Assembly (NCBI GenBank): GCA_016177615.1
Contig: JACOUX010000006.1
Coordinates: 30,131 to 94,130, forward strand
Length of the DNA: 64,000 nucleotides
Source of the DNA: Candidatus Woesearchaeota archaeon
Lineage (GTDB): Archaea > Nanobdellota > Nanobdellia > Woesearchaeales > GW2011-AR4
Direction of reading: 5' to 3'
This document shows positions 56,616 through 64,000 of this stretch, piece after piece. Below the pieces are notes generated by a model. That model did no database searches, had not been told where the DNA came from, and worked only from the letters and a program-made list of their open reading frames with translations. Numbering within the stretch: position 1 is the stretch's first letter; each line of letters opens with the position of its first letter. The position numbers and the translations under genes are program-made.

Positions 56616-57524
56616 TTATATTTTCTTAAACGTCAAATTCCTTAGTTCCTTGCTTATCATCTCCTGCGCTTTTGCTGACAGCTCTCCGGGCGACAAAAAA
56701 ATAACAGGCAGCTTCTTGAATTGCCCCTTGACATATGCATTGCTCAAATCAGAATCGCTAACCCTTTTCTTGCTCTTTGCCTTGCAGTAATACTGCAGAT
56801 TTCCAACAACGCTTGGGATTTCAACAACAAAATCAATCTCAGAGTTCTTCTTTATAACTTCTGAATTGACTATATTTATCTTGTTCTTTTCAAAAAATCT
56901 GGATATTTCTCTAAGAAAGCTGTCTTCTGTTTCTTTTTGCTTTGGCTTCCTTTCCCTTTTAGCAGGCTCCTGTTCAGCAGGCAGCTCTCTTTGAACTGTT
57001 TTGGCATGCTCCTCTTCTGCCGTTTTCTCGATTGGCTTCTCTTCAACCGCATTTGGAAGCGGCTGCTCAGCTTTTTTCGCCGGCAGGTTCAGCTTTGATT
57101 TTATCAATAATTCAGCTTCCTCATTGCTGAGAAGATGCCATTTCCAGAATATTTCTGTTTTATTTTCATGCGTTACATTAAGCTGCACTGCAAAATCCCT
57201 TATTTCTCGCATCGCAACCCTTATAACAGGCTCCTGTTCAGAGTCCCTTAAAACTTTGCTTTGCTGCAGCAGATCATATGCCTTTCTTTCCTTGTCATTC
57301 ATGCCTCCTATAAATTTTTGCAGCATGGCTTCCTGCCCGGAAAGATAATAAAGCGGCGAGCCTCCTACTTTTATTGCGGAAATTTTCAATTTGCCGCTTG
57401 CTGTAAGCTCCGCAAGATGAGCTGATGATATGAGTATGTCTGTTCCTATAATCTTTGATATCTCAACTGGCAATACAGGCCCTTTTACTCTAATAAACTG
57501 GAGAATCTTATCGCGGTTTTCCAT
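56616..57524 (-). CDS. Hypothetical wHTH + linker + restriction-endonuclease-like fold protein
   Basis: N-terminal wHTH pattern (ILQFIRVKGPVLPVEISK); C-terminal EIDFVVE...YYCKAK. Confidence 0.55.
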   Translation of the reverse strand: MENRDKILQFIRVKGPVLPVEISKIIGTDILISSAHLAELTASGKLKISAIKVGGSPLYYLSGQEAMLQKFIGGMNDKERKAYDLLQQSKVLRDSEQEPVIRVAMREIRDFAVQLNVTHENKTEIFWKWHLLSNEEAELLIKSKLNLPAKKAEQPLPNAVEEKPIEKTAEEEHAKTVQRELPAEQEPAKRERKPKQKETEDSFLREISRFFEKNKINIVNSEVIKKNSEIDFVVEIPSVVGNLQYYCKAKSKKRVSDSDLSNAYVKGQFKKLPVIFLSPGELSAKAQEMISKELRNLTFKKI

Positions 57525-57577
57525 AAACAAAGAATAGAACAAGTGTTTTTATATATTTTTGGCTTATATGTAAAAAT

Positions 57578-58183
57578 CTAAGGCCTTAACCATCTACATT
57601 CGTAGTATGTTACATCATTTTCCGAGTCAACAATGCCCAAAAGCAGCCTTTTTTTCGTGGAATGAGCAACCCTATTCTTGGCTGCAAACTCGTACCAGGT
57701 CAGGCTGGAGCCTTCATGCACAGGAAAAACAACCCATCTCGCATGGTCTTCTCCCGGCTTTATTCCCCTATCATAAATCCTGAAGTCGGCCCCGAATTTC
57801 AGCGCTGTTTTTATTATGTAGCCCCTGTTCCTTATATCTTTGAAGACAGAGTATTTGACCCAGAAATTTGTTTCTGATTTCTGGCCTTTCTTGAAGAGAG
57901 CATCAAAATCAATTTGCTTGTCTTTAGAATCATAAACTATCAGCCTTTTCTTTTCAATCAGGTAAGTTGCTTCAATTAGTGAAAGCTGGATTCGTCCATC
58001 ATCAAGCAAAGTGCCATATCTGCTTTGGTTATAGAGCTCTCTAGCATTATCTGAGCTTTCTGTAAGCACTCTTTCCTTTGAAAAAAATGCCTTGACAGGC
58101 TCTTTTGGCTCCTTGGACTTTTCTTCCTTTGTCTCCTTATGCGGAAGAATTTCTTCTGACTCTTCCTTTTTCTTGGCCGTCAT
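57578..58183 (-). CDS. endA: tRNA-splicing (BHB) endonuclease, catalytic subunit
   Basis: LSLIEATYL, KFGADFRIY, HA, RVAHSTKK (Tyr/His/Lys triad). Confidence 0.93.
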   Translation of the reverse strand: MTAKKKEESEEILPHKETKEEKSKEPKEPVKAFFSKERVLTESSDNARELYNQSRYGTLLDDGRIQLSLIEATYLIEKKRLIVYDSKDKQIDFDALFKKGQKSETNFWVKYSVFKDIRNRGYIIKTALKFGADFRIYDRGIKPGEDHARWVVFPVHEGSSLTWYEFAAKNRVAHSTKKRLLLGIVDSENDVTYYECRWLRP

Positions 58184-58258
58184 GATTTTAGATATGAGAT
58201 TTTTGGTATAGTAGGGACTTTAAAAAGGTTTTTAAAGCATTTTAGAATACAACAATGT

Positions 58259-59149
58259 ATGCAGCTGACATTTTTAGGAACATCTTCAATGGTTCCTACA
58301 AAAGAGAGAAACCAGACAGCGGTTTTCCTTAGCTACGGCTCTGAGGGAATATTGTTTGATTGCGGGGAAGGAACGCAAAGGCAATTAAAAATAGCAGGAA
58401 TAAGTCTTACAAAAGTCACAAAAGTGCTCATAAGTCACTGGCACGGCGACCATGTTCTTGGATTGCCTGGGCTAATGCAGACATTAAGCTCGACAGAATA
58501 CGAAAAAACCCTTGAGATTTATGGTCCAACAGGAACAAAGAAAAGGATGGAAAAGATGTTTGAAGCATTTGTTTTTGACAAAAGGCTAAACTTCAAAGTT
58601 ATTGAAGTCAAGTCAGGAAAATTCTTTGAGAACAATGATTTTGAAATAGAATCGTATCCTTTAGAGCATGGAATAGAAACTTTAGGATTCAGGTTTGTTG
58701 AAAAACCCAAAAGGAGGATTGACATTAAGAAGATTAAAAAATTTGGAATTCCTGAAGGGCCTTTGCTTGGCGAGCTTCAGAGAGACAATTCCATAACTCA
58801 TAATGGAAAAAAAATTAATCCAGATGATGTCACTTACATTGAAGAGGGAAAAATTATAGCCTATGTGACAGATACATTGCTTTGTGACGGCTGCTACAAA
58901 GCTGCGCAAGATTCTGATGTACTTATTGCAGAAGCAACCTATTCCTCAAAATTGACTGACAAAAGTGAGGAATACGGCCATATGACTGCAAAGCAGGCAG
59001 GCCAATTGGCAAACAAGGCAAATGCAAAGCAGTTGGTTTTGATGCACTTTAGTGCAAGATACAAAAACACCCAGGAGATAGAAGAAGACGCAAGAAATGT
59101 TTTCGATAATGTGATCTGTGCAAAAGACTTCATGAAGATTGAACTGTGA
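58259..59149 (+). CDS. rnz: Ribonuclease Z
   Basis: FLGT, DCGEGTQRQ, HWHGDH, GP exosite, EATY, HFSARY. Confidence 0.95.
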   Translation: MQLTFLGTSSMVPTKERNQTAVFLSYGSEGILFDCGEGTQRQLKIAGISLTKVTKVLISHWHGDHVLGLPGLMQTLSSTEYEKTLEIYGPTGTKKRMEKMFEAFVFDKRLNFKVIEVKSGKFFENNDFEIESYPLEHGIETLGFRFVEKPKRRIDIKKIKKFGIPEGPLLGELQRDNSITHNGKKINPDDVTYIEEGKIIAYVTDTLLCDGCYKAAQDSDVLIAEATYSSKLTDKSEEYGHMTAKQAGQLANKANAKQLVLMHFSARYKNTQEIEEDARNVFDNVICAKDFMKIEL

Positions 59150-59198
59150 TTTTAATCCATTCTAATTAATATATTCTTTAACATATATATTGTGCTAT

Positions 59199-59228
59199 CA
59201 CTGGACATGCTCACGTAAAGCTTTTAAA
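59199..59228 (+). promoter_or_regulatory. CACTGGACAT motif + TATA, promoter of the MTase-HNH(-hjc) unit
   Basis: CACTGGACATGCTCACGTAAAGCTTTTAAA, with ATG at 59251. Confidence 0.75.
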
Positions 59229-59250
59229 GAACGCAACTATAACTAGGTTT

Positions 59251-60087
59251 ATGAGTATTGCACAACTAATTTATCCAAAAGAGAGTAAAAACAAAACTAA
59301 AAGTGTAAATAAACCATATTTATCAAAAAAAAATATCATAATATTCAATGACGACATTTTGGCCATTAACTCTATTCCATTATCCTCTGTAGATTTAATT
59401 GTAACTTCGCCACCGTATAATGTCGATATTGATTACAATTTGCATAAAGATGATGCTTCTTATGAAGAATACTTGGATTTTACTGCAAAATGGCTTAAAA
59501 AATGCTTTGATTTAGCAAAAGATGATTGTAGATTTTGCTTGAATATTCCATTGGATAAAAATAAAGGAGGCCATCATTCTGTTTATTCCGACATAATTAA
59601 TTTAGCTAAAAAAATAGGATGGAAATATCATTCTACTATTGTGTGGAATGAGCAGAACATGTCTAAGAGAACCGCATGGGGTTCATGGTTATCTGCGTCT
59701 GCACCTCACGTCATAGCCCCAGTTGAAATGATAGCTATACTTTATAAGGATAAATGGAAAAAGGAAGGGGGTAGTAAAAAATCTGATATTAATAAAGATG
59801 AGTTTATGGCATGGACAAATGGAGTCTGGAATTTTAATGGAGAGAGCAAGAAAAGAATAGGACATCCTGCACCTTTTCCTGTTGAGTTGCCAAGAAGATG
59901 CATTAAGTTGTTTAGTTTTGTTGGCGATGTTGTCTTTGATCCCTTTTTAGGAAGTGGAACGACTCTTTTAGCTGCCGCTTCGACAAAAAGGAAAGGCATT
60001 GGAGTGGAGATTGACAAAACTTATTGTGAACTCGCTAAAAGAAGATTGACCAAAGAAGCCAAGATTACCCAATCCACTCTGATATGA
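59251..60087 (+). CDS. Beta-class amino (N4C/N6A) DNA methyltransferase
   Basis: VTSPPYN precedes HPAPFP and DPFLGSGTT. Confidence 0.92.
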   Translation: MSIAQLIYPKESKNKTKSVNKPYLSKKNIIIFNDDILAINSIPLSSVDLIVTSPPYNVDIDYNLHKDDASYEEYLDFTAKWLKKCFDLAKDDCRFCLNIPLDKNKGGHHSVYSDIINLAKKIGWKYHSTIVWNEQNMSKRTAWGSWLSASAPHVIAPVEMIAILYKDKWKKEGGSKKSDINKDEFMAWTNGVWNFNGESKKRIGHPAPFPVELPRRCIKLFSFVGDVVFDPFLGSGTTLLAAASTKRKGIGVEIDKTYCELAKRRLTKEAKITQSTLI

Positions 60088-60093
60088 TTAAAT

Positions 60094-60678
60094 ATGAAAA
60101 AGGACAAATCTGTTAGTGAATTAATTGTAGAATATTTCAAAAGTCATCCTAAACAGGATTTGACACATGGCCCAGTGGTTGACTGGGTGGAAGAAAAATA
60201 TATAGAATTGTATAAAAAGAAACCTCGTGATACATGGAGGGCCATAAGGAAGCTGCATGAAGAAGGATTTTTAATCAAGGTTAAAAAAGGAGTTTACAGA
60301 TATGACCCCGATTTAGTTCAGAAGCGAAAAATAGAGGAATTTACCGAGCAACAAAAGAAAAAAATTCTGGAAAGAGACGATTATAAATGTGTCAGATGCG
60401 GCAGGGGGCCTAAAGAAGGCGTTGAACTGCAAGTAGACCACATTGATCCTAAATATTTAGGCGGTAAAGCAATTCTTGAAAATGGCCAAACACTCTGCTC
60501 TCAACATAATTTTGTAAAAAAACATCTAAATCAGACAGAAACTGGCAAGAAGATGTTTATACGTTTGTACGAATTAGCTAAGAAAAAGGACAATAAAGAA
60601 ATTTTGAATTTCTGTAAAGAAGTACTGGAAGTTTATGATAAGCATCATATAAATAACCATATTATCTGGAAAGAATAA
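60094..60678 (+). CDS. wHTH + HNH endonuclease (putative cognate restriction enzyme)
   Basis: RDDYKCVRCG..LQVDHI..GG...NGQTLCSQHN. Confidence 0.8.
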   Translation: MKKDKSVSELIVEYFKSHPKQDLTHGPVVDWVEEKYIELYKKKPRDTWRAIRKLHEEGFLIKVKKGVYRYDPDLVQKRKIEEFTEQQKKKILERDDYKCVRCGRGPKEGVELQVDHIDPKYLGGKAILENGQTLCSQHNFVKKHLNQTETGKKMFIRLYELAKKKDNKEILNFCKEVLEVYDKHHINNHIIWKE

Positions 60679-60690
60679 TGGAGGTGTTTT

Positions 60691-60879
60691 ATGGTAACTA
60701 AATCATTAATGGGAAGGAGAGAAATTTATAAAATTTATCAAGAATATTATGAAGATGAAACATTAAATGAATTTGAAGAATTCTTGAGTTTTTTAGAGAT
60801 TGATTTATATGATTGGGTTAATGAGAATTTAAGGCAATTTGAGTATAATAAAAACTTTGAACCAATTAATAAAAGATAA
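60691..60879 (+). CDS. Small acidic hypothetical protein
   Basis: GGAGGTG SD before ATG. Confidence 0.6.
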   Translation: MVTKSLMGRREIYKIYQEYYEDETLNEFEEFLSFLEIDLYDWVNENLRQFEYNKNFEPINKR

Positions 60880-60905
60880 TATTTAATTATCGATATGGAG
60901 ATTAT

Positions 60906-61307
60906 ATGATGTCTCACAAATCCAAAGGCTCAAACGCGGAAAGAGAATTATTGCACATGTTCTGGAGCAGAGGATGGCCTTGTTTGCGATCTGCAGGCTC
61001 AGGTTCAATGAAATATCCGGGACCTGATTTGCTGGCAGGGAGCAAGGACAAGACAAGAAGAGTGGCAATAGAATGCAAGACTACAAAAACAAACAAAGTC
61101 TATCTAAACGAGCATGATATAATCCAGCTCAAAGAATTCTCAGCCATCTTTGATGCAAGGCCCTGGTTTGCTGTTAAATTTGCAGGAAAAGAGTGGCTTT
61201 TCATCATGATAGAAGATTTGGAGAAAACGCCGACAGGATATGCAGTGGACCAGAAGAAAGCTGAGTTAAGAGGAATATCTTTTAATGAATTAATAGAATA
61301 TAAATAA
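60906..61307 (+). CDS. hjc: Holliday junction resolvase
   Basis: KGSNAEREL, RSAGSG, PDLLAG, IECK. Confidence 0.93.
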   Translation: MMSHKSKGSNAERELLHMFWSRGWPCLRSAGSGSMKYPGPDLLAGSKDKTRRVAIECKTTKTNKVYLNEHDIIQLKEFSAIFDARPWFAVKFAGKEWLFIMIEDLEKTPTGYAVDQKKAELRGISFNELIEYK

Positions 61308-61308
61308 A

Positions 61309-61650
61309 TTACTTTTTTGTCTTTTTTCGAATATCGCTCTTTTTATGCACTTTATTTGAAGATTTAATAAAAAGAAATATTCCTATAACTAAAGGAAAAT
61401 ATATGAACCATGCAGCACCAGAACCGAGTGCAATAAAAACTTCCTTTATACATATGCCAAAACCACACGCTTCGCTTTTCGGATATAACCTGCCAACAAT
61501 AAAAATGATGGGTATTACTGGAATAAGCCACGATAACAATACTTTTTTCAATAAACCTAATTTTTTAGAAAGCTTGATTAAATAAAATACAGAAAAGAAA
61601 AAAATAATCCAAGCGACAATTTCCGTAAAAAGATTATAATTAAAAGGCAA
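61309..61650 (-). CDS. Small membrane protein
   Basis: Three hydrophobic segments; AT-rich. Confidence 0.5.
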   Translation of the reverse strand: MPFNYNLFTEIVAWIIFFFSVFYLIKLSKKLGLLKKVLLSWLIPVIPIIFIVGRLYPKSEACGFGICIKEVFIALGSGAAWFIYFPLVIGIFLFIKSSNKVHKKSDIRKKTKK

Positions 61651-61685
61651 AAATAGAGTTATTATAATTTCATCAAAAATTTTAA

Positions 61686-61877
61686 TTACCTCTTTCTGAC
61701 TGCCCTTTCGATTTTTATCTCTTCCTTGACAACCTTGTCCACAACTCTTTCAATATGCATCTCTATCCTTGCAATCCTCCGCTCCATAAGGACAAGTATC
61801 CTCAAAGAATAAACAATGGCAGCCAATGTGCCTATGATAATAGCAAGTGTTATTTCCTGAACTTCAAATGCCATCAT
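61686..61877 (-). CDS. Small single-TM + coiled-coil protein
   Basis: GAGGTGA SD; TM helix followed by ERRIARIE. Confidence 0.65.
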   Translation of the reverse strand: MMAFEVQEITLAIIIGTLAAIVYSLRILVLMERRIARIEMHIERVVDKVVKEEIKIERAVRKR

Positions 61878-61945
61878 ATCACCTCAATTTTTTCTATTGC
61901 ATATTATTTATCTGGTTATTTATAAAGCTTTCGCAAATCGCCAAA

Positions 61946-63304
61946 TCACAAATCATTATTTGGACTCTGCTTGGCAGCACCAGCTTTCTTCCCTATCTTG
62001 CCTCCTTTGCTGATGAGCCATGCCTTTCTTGTCGTGTACTGTGCAGGGTTCCTTATCTTTTGGCAGAAATTATCAGGCTTGCACACACCGATGCCGACCA
62101 TGTACATCTCATTATCGCAATTTGGAGGCGGCACCTTTTTCCGCATCTGCTTGTGGTACCTCAACTGGCCAAGCAAATAAGGCTCCCTTATCGGCTCTTT
62201 GTTCTTCGCATTCCATTCTTTCAGCCTTTTCTCGATCATCTCGTAATCCCATCCAATCGAGGCGAAGTAATTAATAAGAATGAGCAAAGCCCTTTTTCTT
62301 CCATCTTCCATACCATTCAAGATCAGCTTGACACAGGGAGGAAACAGCTCTTCTGGCAGCGCCTTTTCAGGCCTCTTGAACTCTTTTGGCACCTTATCTT
62401 TATAGTCCTCCTCTTTTTTCAGGCTGAAATCAAGCGCAGCCACCAGCAGTTGCTTTGCCTCATTTAAATCGGCATCCGAGCTGTCCAGAAACCTGTGACG
62501 GCTTATCTTAACATTTTTTGGCAGCGCAAATTCTTTTCTGAAAAGCAAAACTTTGTCGGGATTCAATGGAGTTGAAACTAATCCGGATTTCTCGTGCAGC
62601 GAATAAGCCATCCTGTACAAATGCCTTGAAGAGATCAGCAAAGTGTCCATCTGTAAAATAGATTCGGGATTGAATTTTTTTGTGCCATTTTGGACCAATA
62701 CGACTTCAGAATATGCCTTTCCAGTCTTTTCGAGCAGGGCGCCAAAATCATGCTTTTCAAAATCCATGATTCTGTTTCCGAACTCTTCCATTATCATGCT
62801 CTTTATATACAAGGCTATTTTTTTTGGCGCTTCGGGAAACATGTTTTTTGTTTCTTTGTCCATTATTCTTTTCGGAAAAGCTTCGAAAGGCACACCTATA
62901 TGGAACCCCTTATTGCCTGAAAACTTGCAGGATATTGACTTGATTTTGTGAAACTTTAAGGCATTGACTATCAAATCAGCCGCAATTTTTGAATACTCAA
63001 ACACTCCACAGTCAATGTCTATGACAAGGTCCCAGCCAATCCTCAGGTTGTCAAGCTCATGCCGCCTTAGCGAAGGGTCGAGCTGCAGCGGATTCCTCCA
63101 AAGCTCCTCAGAGGCATGAAAAGAAGTCGCGCCCTGCTTTGCAAGCTCAAGTATGTCGCTTTTGTTCCTCAGAATATCCGGCCTTTTGGAAAAATTATCG
63201 TTGAACCTTGCAGCGACCTCCCTGTTTTCAGAATTTGCAATTATCTCTTCCTGCACATCGCTTATTTTGTAGTGGCTCAGCGAAACGCTTATAGGAATCA
63301 TCAT
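61946..63304 (-). CDS. Fused PriS-PriL DNA primase (DPANN type)
   Basis: WDLVIDID, FSGNKGFH, R..YSLHEKSG (PriS) fused to FPPC...PPPNC...C..D..C..NP (PriL Fe-S domain). Confidence 0.88.
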   Translation of the reverse strand: MMIPISVSLSHYKISDVQEEIIANSENREVAARFNDNFSKRPDILRNKSDILELAKQGATSFHASEELWRNPLQLDPSLRRHELDNLRIGWDLVIDIDCGVFEYSKIAADLIVNALKFHKIKSISCKFSGNKGFHIGVPFEAFPKRIMDKETKNMFPEAPKKIALYIKSMIMEEFGNRIMDFEKHDFGALLEKTGKAYSEVVLVQNGTKKFNPESILQMDTLLISSRHLYRMAYSLHEKSGLVSTPLNPDKVLLFRKEFALPKNVKISRHRFLDSSDADLNEAKQLLVAALDFSLKKEEDYKDKVPKEFKRPEKALPEELFPPCVKLILNGMEDGRKRALLILINYFASIGWDYEMIEKRLKEWNAKNKEPIREPYLLGQLRYHKQMRKKVPPPNCDNEMYMVGIGVCKPDNFCQKIRNPAQYTTRKAWLISKGGKIGKKAGAAKQSPNNDL

Positions 63305-63346
63305 ATTAGGAAAATTTATATGTTTTTAATAGTTTTGAAACCCGTA

Positions 63347-63703
63347 ATGGATGAAAAAACAGGAAAACTCAATAACTTAATAGGGAAAGCCATGGAAAGC
63401 GGCATTTTGGTTATTGTGGAGGGGAGGAAGGATAAAAACGCGTTGAACAAGCTTGGAATCAGAAACATAATAGAGTTAAATAAAAAGCCGCTTTTCAGCA
63501 TTGTCGAAGAAGCGGCAGGGCAGAAAGAATGCATTATACTCACAGATCTTGATAGAAAAGGGAGGGAGTTATACGGGAAACTCAATTCTGGCTTACAGGA
63601 AAGAGGGGTAAAGGTTGACAATAGACTAAGGAACTTCCTGTTTAAGAGCACGAAGCTCAGGCAGATTGAAGGAATCTTGAAGCTATTTCCTATAAATTTT
63701 TAA
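63347..63703 (+). CDS. Small TOPRIM-domain protein
   Basis: IVEGRKD...ILTDLDRKG. Confidence 0.85.
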   Translation: MDEKTGKLNNLIGKAMESGILVIVEGRKDKNALNKLGIRNIIELNKKPLFSIVEEAAGQKECIILTDLDRKGRELYGKLNSGLQERGVKVDNRLRNFLFKSTKLRQIEGILKLFPINF

Positions 63704-63727
63704 ATAAGTGCATCTTAGCATTTAGCT

Positions 63728-64000
63728 ATGGCAATCAAAAACCAGCTCAAGACAGCAGTATTGCTGGCGCTGCTTACCGCTGTATTCTTGTGGGTAGGCA
63801 GCTTATTTGGCAGAACAGGATTTTATTTTGCTTTAATATTTGTAGGGATAATGAACTTTGGCTCATACTGGTTTTCCGACAAAATTGTGCTGTGGATGTA
63901 TAGGGCAAAAGAAGCTAAAGAAAGCGAATATCCTAAGCTTTATAAGATTGTAAAAGAAGTCGCGAGATTAAGCAATTTGCCAATGCCAAAGGTTTATGTA
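63728..64000 (+). CDS. htpX: HtpX zinc metalloprotease (partial, runs off right edge)
   Basis: My translation: MAIKNQLKTAVLLALLT...MNFGSYWFSDKIVLWMYRAKE...LPMPKVYV. Confidence 0.88.
   Translation, partial: MAIKNQLKTAVLLALLTAVFLWVGSLFGRTGFYFALIFVGIMNFGSYWFSDKIVLWMYRAKEAKESEYPKLYKIVKEVARLSNLPMPKVYV

Overview
This is an archaeal chromosomal window. It looks DPANN/Woesearchaeota-like: fused PriS-PriL primase, a stand-alone 5S rRNA, and TATA promoters with short leaders. It is centred on a probable replication origin, with ORBs and an AT-rich DUE next to cdc6-DP1-DP2. Housekeeping content: tbp, intein-containing mcm, RPA, aIF2-beta, Pit, pelota, RFC-S, tyrS, a peptidase/PAN cluster, fen, endA, rnz, hjc and htpX. 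Accessory content: a giant Cys-rich surface-protein operon headed by an unannotated RHH repressor; a pilin/lipoprotein operon with a membrane-anchored lytic transglycosylase; an inverted-repeat-flanked DprA-PRTase (ShosTA-like) cassette; and an MTase-HNH pair. Two signals stand out. (1) The 5S rRNA gene is interrupted in loop C by a 29-nt insertion that folds into a bulge-helix-bulge splice motif and restores canonical CCCGAACACGG on excision, so it looks like a 5S rRNA intron. (2) An exact 10-bp motif, CACTGGACAT, lies at identical spacing upstream of the TATA box of four DNA-metabolism or defence promoters, suggesting an undescribed regulon. All calls come from reading the sequence; no database searches were run.
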